NCBI GenBank assembly: GCA_951406725.2
Contig: OX597824.1
Span: 55,304,001 to 55,368,000 of the forward strand
Source: Octopus vulgaris
Taxonomy: Eukaryota
Direction of reading: 5' to 3'
DNA: 64,000 bases
Part shown: positions 11,540 to 24,949 of the stretch, piece by piece
Layout: the number at the start of each line of letters is the position of its first letter
Position numbering within the stretch: the first letter of the stretch is position 1
Position numbers and translations under genes: made by a program
The notes under the pieces: model-generated
Database searches by the model: none
Told to the model about the DNA's origin: nothing
Seen by the model: only the letters and a program-made list of their open reading frames with translations

Positions 11540-14382
11540 GGTTAGTAGTTGGTAGTGTGTAGAAGCTGTCTGTCAATAGAGAGTAAAAGAGTAAGGAGTG
11601 CACTGTGCTGACTAGAAAGGAGGAAAGGATAAAGGTGGCATTGTCTTTCTTGTGGCCAAAAGCCTCTCTTTGCATGTTGGGCGAAGGGAAGTGCTACTCT
11701 TGGTCAAGGCTGATGCAAAAGCAGGAGCTGCTCTTTGGTCTGGATGACACAAAACAGAGTGTTTCTCCTTGGTCTGGTTGACACCAAAGAGGGAGAGATA
11801 GGAAATTCTTTGTTATATAGACTGGTCAGTAATGTAGGTCAAACCCTAAACAAAGAACTGACCTTTCCTTGATCAGCACGAGTCCTAGGGGGTAGAATGT
11901 TTCCTCATCAATCATCTAGTGTGGAGAGGATTTCTCACTTGTTTTGACAAGAAACAAGCAGGTAGATTTGGTTTCAATCTCAGGCAGGATCAAGCTAGAT
12001 CCCTACACTACTCCCCTGCTAGAGAGTTTCTATAAAAGGAAATGAATGATCTAAGGAAAAATGCATTTTAGAACAAGGTGAAAATAACGTTCAATTGTAA
12101 AAAGTATTTTGTTGTTAGTGAATGTGATGTAAGGCTAATAAAAAAAAAAGGAGAGAGAATCTTGAGGTATACAGGACAGGTATCTATTTGTGTAAGTCCG
12201 ACTAGTGCACAAAATGCAGAATATGGCAGTTGGTGCACGACTGAGGCAGTGAGTGAGCATGCAAGGGAGTATACATGAGTATGAGAGAAAGTCCTGCAGC
12301 AGTGGAATAAGTTGAGGTGAGTGAGTGCGTACATCCATGATGTAGCAAAAGTTTTCTTGTAGGATTACATTTTGTGTGAAAATGTCTTGAATGGTTGCAG
12401 AAGTGAAATGTGCTGTCATCGTAGGCATTTGCTAAGATTAACCAGAATGTGGCATGCTGGTACATTGTGTAGGACAGACAATTATCTATTAACTTCATGA
12501 CCAACCTGGGGTCGAACAGAGGCAAGTTATGTCTGACAGGGACACAGATAGCATGAGCTGACATCCAATGTATACAGAGTTGAAAAAATGAGCTGAGTGG
12601 GCAATCATGAGAAAATGACTCTAAAGGCATTATGTTTTGGTACATGTGTGAAAGTGGGTGCAGGCAAGCAGGTTTGTGTGTGAATGTTGAGAAAAATTTT
12701 TGTTTTGCTTTACAAACAAAATACAGAGCAGTGCATAAATGGGTTAGCATGCAAAGAAAGAAATTGCAGACATTCAAAAGGAGAACATTTAGCAGAAACC
12801 ATGTAATAAAAACAGGTGAGTAATGTGTGTGCATGAAATGTGCAATGCCAGTGGCCAATGAAAAAAAATATAGAACATTCAAAAAGATATGCATATGAAT
12901 TTAGTTGTTTTAGTAAAATGAGTCGTCGTTGAATTGAGTCATCATGGAATTAAGTGTTACGTGTAAACAAATGAAGGTGTGCAGTGCAAACAAAAACAGA
13001 ATGAAAATGACAAACTTGAATAGAAAATGTCCTGGTCCTGAAAAGCTAAAAAGTAGCATTTGAAATGCAAAAATATGTGAATGCAAAGAAAGTCTATGTA
13101 CAAAAGTTCGTGTGACATGCAGGTTAAATGCAGGACTGCATTCAAAAAGTCTGTGGCTGTGGAGAACGTTGCAAGTGCGGGTTTCCATATTTTCATCCCG
13201 GTAATTTTTGGTTGGAAGACTGTCAAAATGTTGCATTTTTTTATTGTAGAGGTTTCTTTCATGGCTATGCAATGTAGTGGAGTGCATTCTGTGGCAGGTT
13301 GAAAGTGCATGGTGGGAGTCCACTGTGTCGGTGAGTTCTTTTCCTTTGAGTTGTGTGACAGTCGAAACAAAAACTGTGTATAGTGAAAGTTGTTATTCTT
13401 GTCTTCGATGTGACAAGCATGATGTGAAGGCTGTAATTCTTGAGCTTGGGTCATCAGAATGTTGCGATGAAATGGAAAATTTAACTGCAGAACAAAAAAT
13501 TGTCTTCATTTTCCAAATGCAATTAAGTTGGTGAAGTAGAGGCAATCGTGTATTAGAACATCAGGAAGCATATACAGCAATGGCTGTTAGATGAAGGCTG
13601 TAGATCTTTTAGCTCAGGGTCACCAATTGTAGTGGGCTGGATGAAAGATGTGATATCAGGTTGATATGATGTAGCCCACTATTAAAGGTAGCGTGTAGAT
13701 GTAACACTTGAAGGTTCTCACGTCGGAGTAACCAGTAAACATCGAAGAATCAACACCAAGAAGAAAGAAATATTATTTACGTACATTTATCCATTTGCCC
13801 AACAAGTAGTTAAAAAGACAATAGTAATTCTAGTAATAGTGTATGAAAAGGTAGGCTCGCTGGTTAGTAGTTGGTAGTATGGGTAGTGTGTAGAAGTTGT
13901 CAATCAGTAGAGAGTGAAAGAATAAGGAATGCATAGTGCTGACTAGAAAGGAAGAAAGGATAAAGGTGGCATCATCTTTCTTGCGGCCGAAAGCCTCTCT
14001 TCGCATGTTGGGTGAAGGGCGAATAGATGTGCTGCTCTTGGTCAAGGCTGATGCAAAAGCAGGTGCTGCTCTTTGGTCTGGATGACACAAAAGAGAGTGT
14101 TGCTCTTTGGTCTGGCTGACACAAAAATAGGTGCTGCTCCTTGGTCTGGCTGACATCAAAGAGGAACAGATAGGAAATTCTCTCTGTTATATAAACTGTT
14201 CAGTAATTTAGGTCAAACTCTAAACAAAGGACTGACCTTTCCATGACCAGCACAGATCCTAGGGGGTCAAGTGTTTCCTTGTCAATCATCTAGTGTGGAG
14301 AGGATTTCCCGCTTGTTTTGACAAGTAACGAGCGGGTATATTTGGTTGCAAATCTCAGGCAGGGTCAAGCTAGATCCCTACA
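11540..14382 (-). mobile_element. Short non-autonomous LTR retroelement
   Basis: LTRs at 13628-14382 (TG...CA) and ~11540-12007 (left-truncated). PBS tggtgaccc(-) at 13617-13625; PPT aggggagtag(-) at 12008-12017. The ~1.6-kb interior has no recognisable pol. Confidence 0.8.
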
Positions 14383-14384
14383 CT

Positions 14385-14520
14385 CAGTATCTTGAGATCA
14401 ACCTTCAATACTTTGTTCCATGTCATCCTGGGTCTCCCTCTTCCACACATTCCATCAACTTAAAGCAATCAGTTCTTCTTTATGCAACTATCCTCATCCA
14501 TACACATCACATGACCAAAC
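14385..14520 (-). mobile_element. Small old RTE fragment
   Basis: ccatgtcatcctgggtctccctcttccacac matches the reverse complement of the GRGRPRKTW region. Confidence 0.65.
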
Positions 14521-14529
14521 TAGCACAGC

Positions 14530-15400
14530 TGTTAAGTTCTGGCTAGAGGTTAGGTGAGTAGGGCTCTCATAGATATATCCCAGCTGGAAAGGAAAGATGT
14601 TATGAAAGGACCCATGAGAAAGGTGAACTATGCTTTTGCCTCTATACCACAAGCTATTTCAGCCCCCACCCCTTTCTGGATGATACCTCAACAAAAATAA
14701 GGATTGGTAGCAATGCCATCAGACTATTCTGTGACAAGGGAGTTGTTATCACCTGGATCAGAATATCAAGGTGGTGGCCAGGCTGCAAGGTGTTGAGGAA
14801 GTGGCAGGTCTCATGGCTTTGTATTTGGAGAGAAATGTGTTGGCACTGTACCTCTGAGTGGACAAACTGGACCAACTGGTCATGGAAAAGACTGAATGGC
14901 ACTTAGAAGAAGCATTCGTAGAAAGTTTGTTTGCTGTTTGCCACAGTAGGAAAGAAGAGGTGGATGGGAGAGCAGATGGACGTGTATACAACAGAAATTC
15001 AAAGGTTGCCCACACTCTCTAGGTATATGGGTAAAGGCTTGGTAAAGGTGCTGCATCTGACATTTGTGAATGGTTTCCTTGAAGAGATATCAGTGTGGTT
15101 GCAACAGTTACTGGGTAGCGAGAAGATGTCCATGAGTAAACTCATCACTCAAGCTTATGCACTGATGTGAAACACTGGGTAGAATGCAGTGGTGATAGCA
15201 GCTATGTTAGCCTATAGCATCAAGCAGTGGCCGACAAAAGGGGAGAGGATGTAAACAGCATTCCATTTTTGTGGCAATCACAGAGGATGAAATATTTGCC
15301 AAGGTGGATGGCAGACTTTGACATAGAGTGAGGTGATGGGGTGACCTTTGAGATCAGGAAGGGGGGGAGGGGAGCATGTGGGGCTGAGGTGAAGTATAGG
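14530..15400 (-). mobile_element. Possible highly decayed LINE endonuclease-region remnant, continuing at 19285-19520 and split by the LTR element
   Basis: GC-richer block with similar composition on both sides of the GTCAG TSD. Only weak motif resemblance. Confidence 0.3.
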
Positions 15401-15712
15401 GTCAGTGTTGTGGAAGGATTCCGACCCACCTCTAAGTAACTAAAGGTGCACTTATTGTTATAAATTAAAGAACTGTGAGTGATTGGTAGTTCGTGTTGGT
15501 AGCAATTCACTGAGTTGTGATATAGAGCATTGAGTCTTGTATAATAGTAATAGTTGTGTGTCATGCATATACTGTCTTCCCCCTGCTTCATTATATTATA
15601 TATCCAATACAAGGATATAAAAGTGGTGACGAGTTGTTCAAAGCTTGCGTTGGACATTTAAAACTTTTTTTGGGTACCAAACCAAAGTAAAAATCATTTA
15701 ACATGGAGAACT

Positions 15713-16560
15713 TATTACCATCTGTGGTACAGTTGCAGCAGCAGTAACTACAGCAACAGCAGCAGTAACTACAGCAACAGCAGCAGTAACTACAGCATCA
15801 GTAACTACAACAGCAACAACAAAACCAACAGTTGCCAGAATTAATGTTGAAGGAGTCTGAAAATACTTCAAGTTTGTACTTGTCAGACAGTGTAGCAAAC
15901 TTAATTGGAGATTTCAAATACAAACCAGAAGGTACTACCTTCTCTGCATATTTTCGTAAATATGAAGAAATCTTCAAAGAAGAGTATAAAAGTTGGTCTG
16001 ACAAGAAAAGTATGATTACTTTTAAGAATGTTATCCCCTGCCAAACATGAAAAATATAGTAATTATATTCTGCTGAAGAAGCCAGGTGAGATTTATTTTG
16101 ATGAAGCAATTTTTTATCGAAAATCTTCAGTGAAAGAAGTTCCCCATTCAATACTCACTGGCATTGTTTAAATTTGGTCAAAAAAGATGATGATTTTGTC
16201 ACCTATGCTGGAGTGGTTAATGGAGAGTGTGAGATATTCAAATTGAATGAGTTGACCCTGGACATGTTCAAATCTTTAATTTCTGTTCAAGGGCTTACTG
16301 CAAACAAAGATGCAGATATACATGCCTGGATATTTACAAGATTAGAACAGGAGCAAAAGAATATCAGAGGATTATTAATCTATGACATGACACAAATAAA
16401 ACTGAAGAGAAAGATTCTCAGATTCAAGCATTTCAACTGGTAATGAATAAGAAACAAGAGAAAAAATGTCAAGACTGAATTCATGTTATTTGTGTGGTGA
16501 TCTACATTTTAAAAATAACTGTCCATTTAAAAATATAAAATGCTACAAGTGTGGTAAAAT
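15713..16560 (+). pseudogene. Gypsy-type gag remnant
   Basis: Gln-rich start (21-bp repeats), DSVANLIGDFKYKPEGTTFSAYFRKYEEIF and DDFVTYAGVVNGECEIFKLNELTLDMFKSLISVQGL. Decayed zinc-knuckle-like codons near 16490-16560. Confidence 0.7.
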
Positions 16561-17402
16561 AGATCATAGAAAGTCGCATTGTAGAACAGAACATTAAAAA
16601 ACAGTTCAACAGAAAAGATTCATGGAAAAAACAGCCACGAGAAATGAAATCCCTATGGAAGTATTGTACAACACGTTTGAGGCACCAGCCCCCAAACAAT
16701 TTGAAACTACACATTCTAGCACCAAAAAACGGAAAAGAATGGAAAAATTAAAATTGAACACTAAACATAAGAGATATTAAAACTCTGAGTAGAAGTCAAT
16801 TCTCAAAAGGGAAGATGTGGAAGAATTCTGACTACTCCCCAAGTGAAAAAAGGTGAACCAACTTATTGTTATAAATTAAAGAACTGTGAGCAATTAGTGG
16901 TTCGTGTTGGTAGCAGTTCACTGTGAGCCTGTGATACAGAGCGTTGAATCTCGGGCAATAGTAGTGCATCATGTATCTACTTTCTTCCCTCACCCACCTG
17001 CTTCGTTATATATCTCTTATTATAAAAGGCAGATTTTATCTGCCTCCCTTTGTATCTTATAGAAATCTACAATATAGGATTTCTTCAATTACAATTTACC
17101 TAGCATTTTTAAGAGTAGAATGCATCGGGTCGTGCCAGGTCCAGTTTTTAAAATTTCAACCCCAATTAAGCAAAATTTAGAGAAAACTCACATTGTGGTG
17201 TCTAAGTCAAATGCTTTTCTTAGTGTGGCCTACACCACACGCACACACACAGTGTGCAACGAATAAAGTGAAAGTAATTCACTTTTTGTAGTGAGTGACT
17301 CTTTCACTCTGCCACTTCCTCTTTACACACATAGACATGCAAATATATAAATAAAATTGTAAGCTAACGTGTGTGTGTGAGGGTGCGTGAGTATGTGACA
17401 GG

Positions 17403-17912
17403 AAAGTTTTTTAGGACGAATATAAGACCTATATCCAAGTAGCAGAAAGATCGCCCAAAAGTGTATATAGATATTTAAATGTATTTATATATTCATCTAT
17501 ACACAGATGTATGTATAATGTGTGTGTATATATTTCCATAGAGGTAACCTTTCACTCCATACAAAGTTTTTTAGGACGAATATAAGATCTAAAGTATATA
17601 CAAATAGCAGAAAGATCGCCCAAAAGTGTATATAGATATTTAAATGTATTTATATATTCATCTATACACAGATGTATGTATAATGTGTGTGTATATATTT
17701 CCATAGACGTAACCATTCACTCCGCATAAAGTTTTTTAGGACGAAATTAAGATCTAAAGTTATCTCTAAGAAACAGAAAGATCGCCCAAAAGTGTATATA
17801 GATATTTAAATGTATTTATATATTCATCTATACACACATGTATGTATAATGTGCGTGTATATATTTCCATAGAGGTAACCATTCAATCCATACAAAGTTT
17901 TTTAGGACGAAA
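17403..17912 (+). repeat. ~160-167-bp tandem repeat, 3 copies plus a partial, inside the Helitron
   Basis: aaagttttttaggacgaa recurs at ~17403, 17563, 17728 and 17894. Confidence 0.9.
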
Positions 17913-18667
17913 ATATCTATATATATAAAACTCTAGTTGTGTGAGTGTCTGTCCCCTTCGATTTAGATTCCTAACTCCTCCCACATTTTGCGGTGCAGTT
18001 TAACCAAATTCGGGTATCTTATAGTCGTGATTCATATCGAGCCCGTCTGACTATTAGCGCGCGTCAACGATGAGTCTACGATTTTAAAAATAATTTAACA
18101 TCATTTTTTATTCCATTTTAATGCATAAAATGCATCGTGTGTCGATGGCGGCGGAGTTGGCGTCCACGCTCACAGCTGCACCTGTTTGCTTCTCCCCCTT
18201 CCCTCCCTCGTGAAGCTGTGGGGAAGGGAGTGTAAAGAAATCAACGTCGTAATGCGTTGTGAAGGAAACCAGCGTTCTTTTAGAACAACGACTTCATGGC
18301 TTCAAGACACCAAAACAAAAATGGCTAAGAAAGCCCGAATTTATAAGGGAAGTAACTCTCTAAAAATGCTTATATAGTTATTTCCCTTACAAACCCGAGC
18401 AACGCCGGGCGATACTGCTAGTTTATATATAAAAGAAAGGTTGTGTGTCTGTCTACTCCGATTTAGATTCCTAACTACTCCCACATTTTGCGATGCAGTT
18501 TAACCAAAACCAGGTATCTTATAGTCGTGATTCATATCGAGCCCTTCTGGGTATTAGCGCGCGTCTACGATGAGTCTATGATTTTACAAATAATTTACCA
18601 TCATTTTTTTCCATTTTAATGCATATTTTTTTAATAAAGGGAAGTAACTCTCAAACTTCACACCAAT

Positions 18668-19160
18668 ATGCGTGCTCATATGCGACGTAATATCACATCA
18701 GCAGCATTTCCTCACACCCTCCTTGCACTTGGCGAAGGCAAAATACCAGGGGATGAAAATGGTAATATTGCCATCGATTCCATTTGTACCATTGTTAAGA
18801 CGCCTTCTGATCTCAGAGATGCAGTGTTCTCAGATCTACAAGCTAATTATCAGAATATGGATTGGATTGGCAAAAAGGCTATACTGGCCCCGAGGAATAA
18901 AACTGTTCACCATATTAATGATGAAATGCTAAAACTCATTCCTGGGGAAGTCTATGTATATCAGTCTATCGATACAACTCCTGAACCAGAGGACGTCATC
19001 AACTATCCAATAGAGGTACTCAATTCCTTTGAGCACCCCGGACTACCACCACACTTTCTCAAACTTAAAGTTGGTGCCCCCTATAATGCTCATCAGAAAT
19101 TTGGTTCCCCCAAAACAATGCAATGGCACACGTTTGATCGTTAAGTCCTTATCTCCCACC
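18668..19160 (+). pseudogene. Helitron PIF1-family helicase fragment
   Basis: NMRA..LLALGEG..WIGKKAILAPRNKTVHHIN..YPIEVLNSFEHPGLPPHFLKLKVGAP, typical of the Helitron RepHel helicase. Frameshifts before the LxNGTR-like motif. Confidence 0.9.
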
Positions 19161-19806
19161 GTAAGCTTATATCAATATTTGCCTGAATAACCATCATAAT
19201 TCAGTGCAATCATTAACAGTACTTTCAAGCAATTCAGCCCCGAGCAACGCCGGGCAATTCTGCTAGTAAAGATATAAAAGTCAGTAATGTCATGTAAATG
19301 GTCAAGGGGCTTTGTTAGAAGAGGAGGAATAAGGGAGATCATGCGAGTGGAAGGACAACTAGTATGGGATCTTTAGCTTTGGGTCTGTCACTCAGGATAG
19401 ATGTATTGGTGGCATGAGTCGAGGGAATTTTCTGTTAGGTTCTGGCCAGAAGTTAGACGAGTAGGGCTTCTATGGATATGTCCCGACCCACAAGGTAGAT
19501 GAAGTATGCTCCCCACCCCCATAGACATACAGAATTAAAAAGTACAGAAATATATCAGCAGTAGCTGAAAAATCATTCTGCAGCAATAGTAGCATTGCTA
19601 AATATGTATTTCTACTTCTTTGAGCTTCATTAGTAGCAAGTATCAACTAGCACAGCATGCTAGGGGAAAATCATCCACTACTAATATAATTAAACAGTGA
19701 ATGAAAAAAGTCACTGATGTCAAAATTAGCTGGCTGCTAAATGCTCTTGAGATGAATACCCTACTTTAGCAGGCTTTCAATGATATATCTGCTTAAAGTG
19801 ACTGAC

Positions 19807-19853
<47 letters not shown>

Positions 19854-21289
19854 AACATATATACAGCTACCCCCAGCAAATATTAGAATAAAGCTAAAGA
19901 TCAGCGAAAAACCATCTCTAGAACTGTAAAAAATCAGTAAAACCTTCCAGAAGTTAATCATTTAAGTATACATGTTCATGTCTAGACATGCAACTATATG
20001 CATGAGAATACATAATAAAAGAAAACATACAAATCCGTGCACATGCAGGGACTCCAACTACTGCACATATACACAAATACACGCAAAAATACCCCGTTGA
20101 TGTTGCTGAAATTCCAATGAAGGTTAGAAACTGACTCTTTCTCTATTGACAAGAAATCTTGAAATAAAACTGAATAATGACTGACTAATACACACACACA
20201 CACATAACTGTCAGTCTGGATAAGCTTGGAAAAAGATATCAACCAACTGATTCGCACATTACAAATACAATCTGTAAGCAGAACAGTAAAACTATGCAAG
20301 ACTTTCCTCAGGTTTAAAAGGTGACATTGTCTTCGTCATCTACATTCCAAAGATGGAGCTTTGTATCTTTGTTAGAAACCGGTTCCTTCATTAGATACAT
20401 TAAAATTATTAAAAACAGGAGAGAGAGAGAGAAAACTAAAAAAAAACTGTAGCGGCACAAGCCTTCTATTATAAAACTATCAGCAACAACACAGAAAAAT
20501 ATTATCAACAAAGTTGGCTAAAATAAATAATGAGATAAAGATTGTGTTCATCGGTTGCCTAAGAAAATGAAACAAACTACTTAGCAGACGTAAAAGTAAA
20601 GTCCCAAACTCACCGAACGATGGTTTGTTTCGAACTTTTTACAGGTTTTCAAGGGGGAAAAAAATAAACGTACGCAAAACAAAAAGAAAATGAGTGTATT
20701 AACATTCTCTTTCTCTATAAAAGACTGAAGATTTACGTTATTAAAATATATTTTTAGCCGAATTGGGAATCGGTTCACTTGATGGAATATATCAAACTGA
20801 ACCTGACATAAAAAAAAAACTCTGAAAAGAATTGTATATATGTGTTCAGTTTTAAACCTTACAAGCATTTGAATATGATCAAGGAGCTTTCAACTTTAAT
20901 CTTTGACAGAGGCAACCAGCGTTAATTTTATAAACGATTTACTTACATTCTCAATATTAAATTACCAAAAATACATAGCATCTTTTAAATTGTTACTTCA
21001 AAGGTGCGCCTCTCTACTGTTACTAGTTATAGATTTTCAGAATTACTAAACGGAATAAAACTTAGTGGAGTGTTTGTTGCTGTAGCAGCAGTAGCTGATA
21101 TGCAAACAAGTTAATTGTTACAGAGGCAGCCAGTCGAACAAGCCCAGCTCATTTTTGTATTTACTGGTAATTTCTCAAACGTTTTCAATTAGATAATTTC
21201 ATACAACCTTTTTTTGTTTTATAATCAATTCATGAATTACACTATCTACTGCGATTTCTTCAATGTGGCTTTGAATTTCCTTTCATACA

Positions 21290-21900
21290 TGTAGTCGTGG
21301 CTACCTACTTAACACACCTATTTCTGTATACGTACGTATATAGCAACCTCGACACGTAACGGATCCACGGAGCTGCAACCTCGACACGTAACACATCCAG
21401 GGAGCTGCAACATCGCGAAACTACTGGGCAACGTTCAAATATTTTTGAGATATCATTTTCATGGTGTTTGTAATTTTCCATTATGTTCCTGGCAACTTTG
21501 TTCCGCAAACCGCGTTTTATACAAGTTTTTTTTGAAAATACCAACAACCTCCGTGCTTTGCCTTCCCAAGTAAGTATTGCCGTTGGGCTTTTCTTCTTCC
21601 CTTTTATTCGAATTTCTGGGTAGTGAACGTCAAACGAGAACAGGAGGAAACTAGAAAAAGTCGTTAAATTTTTATATCAAGTTCGTCTTAAGAGGAAAAA
21701 GGCATTAAATAATGTGGCGATCTTTCTTTTATTTTTAGTCGGGCAGATATAAATACCTAAAGCCAAAGATCGCTTCTTTGATTTTAAAGTCTGCTCGATT
21801 GGGGCCTAGCGCTAGGCATCATCTGCTACTACGTAAAATAACTCGCAAAGGTACTTATAAATGTACTCAGAAATTTACTTACAGGTTTGTATGTGTGTGT
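21290..21900. promoter_or_regulatory. Candidate promoter / first-exon region
   Basis: Visibly higher CpG density than the flanks, no recognisable TE, 32-bp tandem repeat (21343-21418), and a strong + strand donor CAA|GTAAGT at 21570. Confidence 0.35.
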
Positions 21901-24900
21901 GTGAGGGAGAGAGAGATTAACCAAAATAATGGCCAAATGATGAGTTCATTGACTTCCAGGATTTTCAGCTCAGAAAAAAAGTTAATATATGTGTTGCTGC
22001 AACAACAGTGACAATATTAGGCAGTCTGTGTTATAGGAAAAAGAAAAAAACGGGGGCATGCCTTGTACACCGGTTTATAAATGCAACCAACGAAATAGCC
22101 TCTATGTAGTTGTTCGACTTGTTAGAAATAGCAGTCAAAAATTCTTCCAAACCACTCAATCGTTTAAAAAAAATATATATTTGTTTAGTATTCTCGCTTT
22201 TACGGCCCTACATCGTTTTACAAATACTAAAATTCGAAATAGCCCACGTTATACATAAATTTCTCAAGAAATAGTGTCAATCGATGTGGATGTTGTGATG
22301 TATTATTAATTTGTAACATACATACTTATGAGAAAGTTCTCGGCATCACCAATATACGATCGTCGGCGACGAGTTTTGTTAATGACATGCGAAGGAGTAG
22401 AAAACGAATTGTAATGGTGATTTTACCACTGTATTTCTGTCAGTACTTGTCGCAAAGTTTCTCTTGTGAAACTGGCAGGCTCATCCCATCGTTCACATGC
22501 ACAACTGTAGTAAATTAAATGTTTCGCGTAACATCCAATTGAAAGCATGTACTAAATCAAAAACTGTCTAAGCTTCTTGGCATACGTCTAATATTTCGTT
22601 TAGGTCATCAATAATAGTATTCACTCATGGACACCTAGTTATGAAACAAATTATGTATGATTCAACACTGTAAAAGTGCAGTCAACAGACCAATTTGTAT
22701 TTAGGACCGTAAAAGCGAGGTTACACTCCATATCTTAGTTCTCATATCTGCGACTCTTGTCATGAATAACCAGGTTATGTGTATCCTGTTAATATTGTTG
22801 CAGGGTGTCGAATCGAAACCACGGCAGCTCAGTTGCGAGTGACATTCAGCTTCAATCGTTCGGTCCTATAATATCGAGAGGAATTTTCCATGACTTCCCA
22901 CCAAAGCGTGGCAATAAATAGAGAAGCACTTGACAATCAGCGTAAGAGGTGGAGGAGGTCCCTGAGAGTACAGATGAACGCAGGATTCTTGGTCATTGCT
23001 CAACTTCAGGTTGTAAAGAATCACTTCGCTCACAATGCCCTTCTCTAGGCACATAGGATTGTCACCTCTCACCTCACACGAATATATAGCTAGCCAAAAC
23101 AACATATATTCATGACTCTCTACTCTTGACAGTAATATAGACTCTGACAAGTAGCCATTGTAAATATTGTAAATCTTATTTACAAATAAATGGTCTCCCC
23201 ATCAAACATCTAAACTGGACTTTGTTTTATATGAGAAACAGTATGCAGCCAAAATCAGCCTAACCAAAATATCCCTAGCCCATCTGTGGTGCAATGGTGA
23301 ACCTGACAGAGAAGGTCTGCAACTAGGTTACACTGGTAATCCTGACTTCAAAGGGGCAAATGGTTCTAACATGGAACTACTAGATAGAATGGTGACTTGC
23401 GATGTCCAAACAAGTTACATTGTCGATGCCTGATATTTAATCAAGCTACACTGGAGACTGCTATACTAGAAATGGTAGTCAAAACAAGTTACATCAATTT
23501 GACTATGCTGAGGATACTATGGAGACCTTGATACTGCCACCTCTTCCACAAGAAAGAAAGAACTCTGATGCTAGAAATAACAGTCTTAACAACAAATGAA
23601 ATATCACTGGATGCTAACATTCAACTTCTACAAACTGGTAATGCTGACATCTCTACAACAAACTTCTGAATTCAACAGCAAAAGACCTCTTTAACAAACT
23701 TCAAAACGATAAATGTGTAGCAAGATGATGTAGCATAAGATGTTGCTGAAGTAGCAAATGAAATAGGCATGTGGACGACATCAAAGTAAAACAATGGAAA
23801 AGCATCGGATTGTGGTTTAAATAATTTATTTAATTGACACTTGTATTTACCTGTTGTATATAGCAGAAAATCTGCTACATGACATTACCAACTTGCTTCG
23901 AGCTGGCGAAGTAGAAAATAAACAGGGGAAATACTGTGTCGATGTGGTGAGGTAGAACTGGGCATGTTTTGTGTCTGTGTGTGCATTGGTCATTCAGTCG
24001 TATCTGTTTATGTTCTGCGACTGTTACTGTGTTGGGTCGTTCATGCTGAATATGTGGTTCTGTATTGGCTGCTTGACTGGGGCAAGTTAACTGCTGGCTG
24101 TCTGCTTGTCTCTTGACCGTTTTGCCTGTTGATGGCTATCTGCCCGTCTGTCATGTGTCTGATTGTATTTATAATGGTCATGACAGCTAGAAGGACAGAT
24201 ATACCACAAGAGTAATTTCTACCTATGTAGGTCACCTCCTGTCCACTTAAACATTAAATGACACAGCTCAGGTCGGAGGTTGAAGGGAAAGGGATATGCA
24301 ACTCTATTGATTACGCAACCCACTAGAGGTCCAATAGAAGTAAGTTGTCTTTCAATAGTGTAGAGAGCAAGTGATAGCACACATTAAAATATGAGTGATG
24401 CAAGTGTGTGTAAGCATACAGGTATGATGTAGAGAGCAAAACATTTTAAAAACAAAGCAAAACATATGTGCATGCACAGAAATGTAATTTTACAGAAAAA
24501 TGAAAATGTTCGTGCAAAAGTTCATTGGTTAAATGTTCAATCAGTTCAATTAGCAGAACAATGTTCATAAAAATGTTTCTCATTGATATAGAAAAGTGCT
24601 TTTTTTTTAAAGCAAAATATTCTTTTTATTTTGGCTTGTATGCGGCTGATGCAGAATCACTTGGGTTATGTATGTGTGGCAATTGTTTATAACCATAAGA
24701 AAAAACAATTTGTTTTTATTTGTTGATGTGAATGTTGTGGACATTTCAATTGAGAAGACTGGTAGGTGAAGAGTTTGTACTTATTTGAAAGACTTGAACA
24801 AATCTTGCGGGCCATTGAACTGATCTTCCCAATTTGGTATGCTGGGGTTGTGCAGAATCAGAGGTGTTTGCAATGGGTGAAGCTGAAGTTGTTGAGTCCA

Positions 24901-24949
24901 TTTGAGGAACAGTGAGAACTGAAAGTAAGTCTTTTCAACAAATGTTTTT

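Larger units (their letters stand above)
17013..19266 (+). mobile_element. Composite Helitron (three units: 17013-17915, 17916-18421, 18422-19266)
   Basis: 5' TC; 3' hairpin cccgagcaacgccggg followed by CTAG (18418-18421 and 19263-19266). Inserted between A17012 and T19267 without a TSD. Confidence 0.85.
15406..19279 (+). mobile_element. Gag-only (pol-deleted) Gypsy-like LTR element with 5-bp TSD
   Basis: TSD GTCAG at 15401-15405 and 19280-19284. LTR1 15406-~15622; PBS tggtgacgag; PPT aaaagggaaga ~16805-16815; LTR2 16816-17012 plus 19267-19279. Confidence 0.85.

Noticed and set aside
12202-13454. 230-, 165- and 137-aa minus-strand ORFs
   Set aside because: Inside a decayed LTR element; compositionally biased, with no recognisable domain.
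21343-21418. Regularly spaced 32-bp repeats resembling CRISPR
   Set aside because: Simple tandem units without unique spacers, no cas genes, eukaryotic context.
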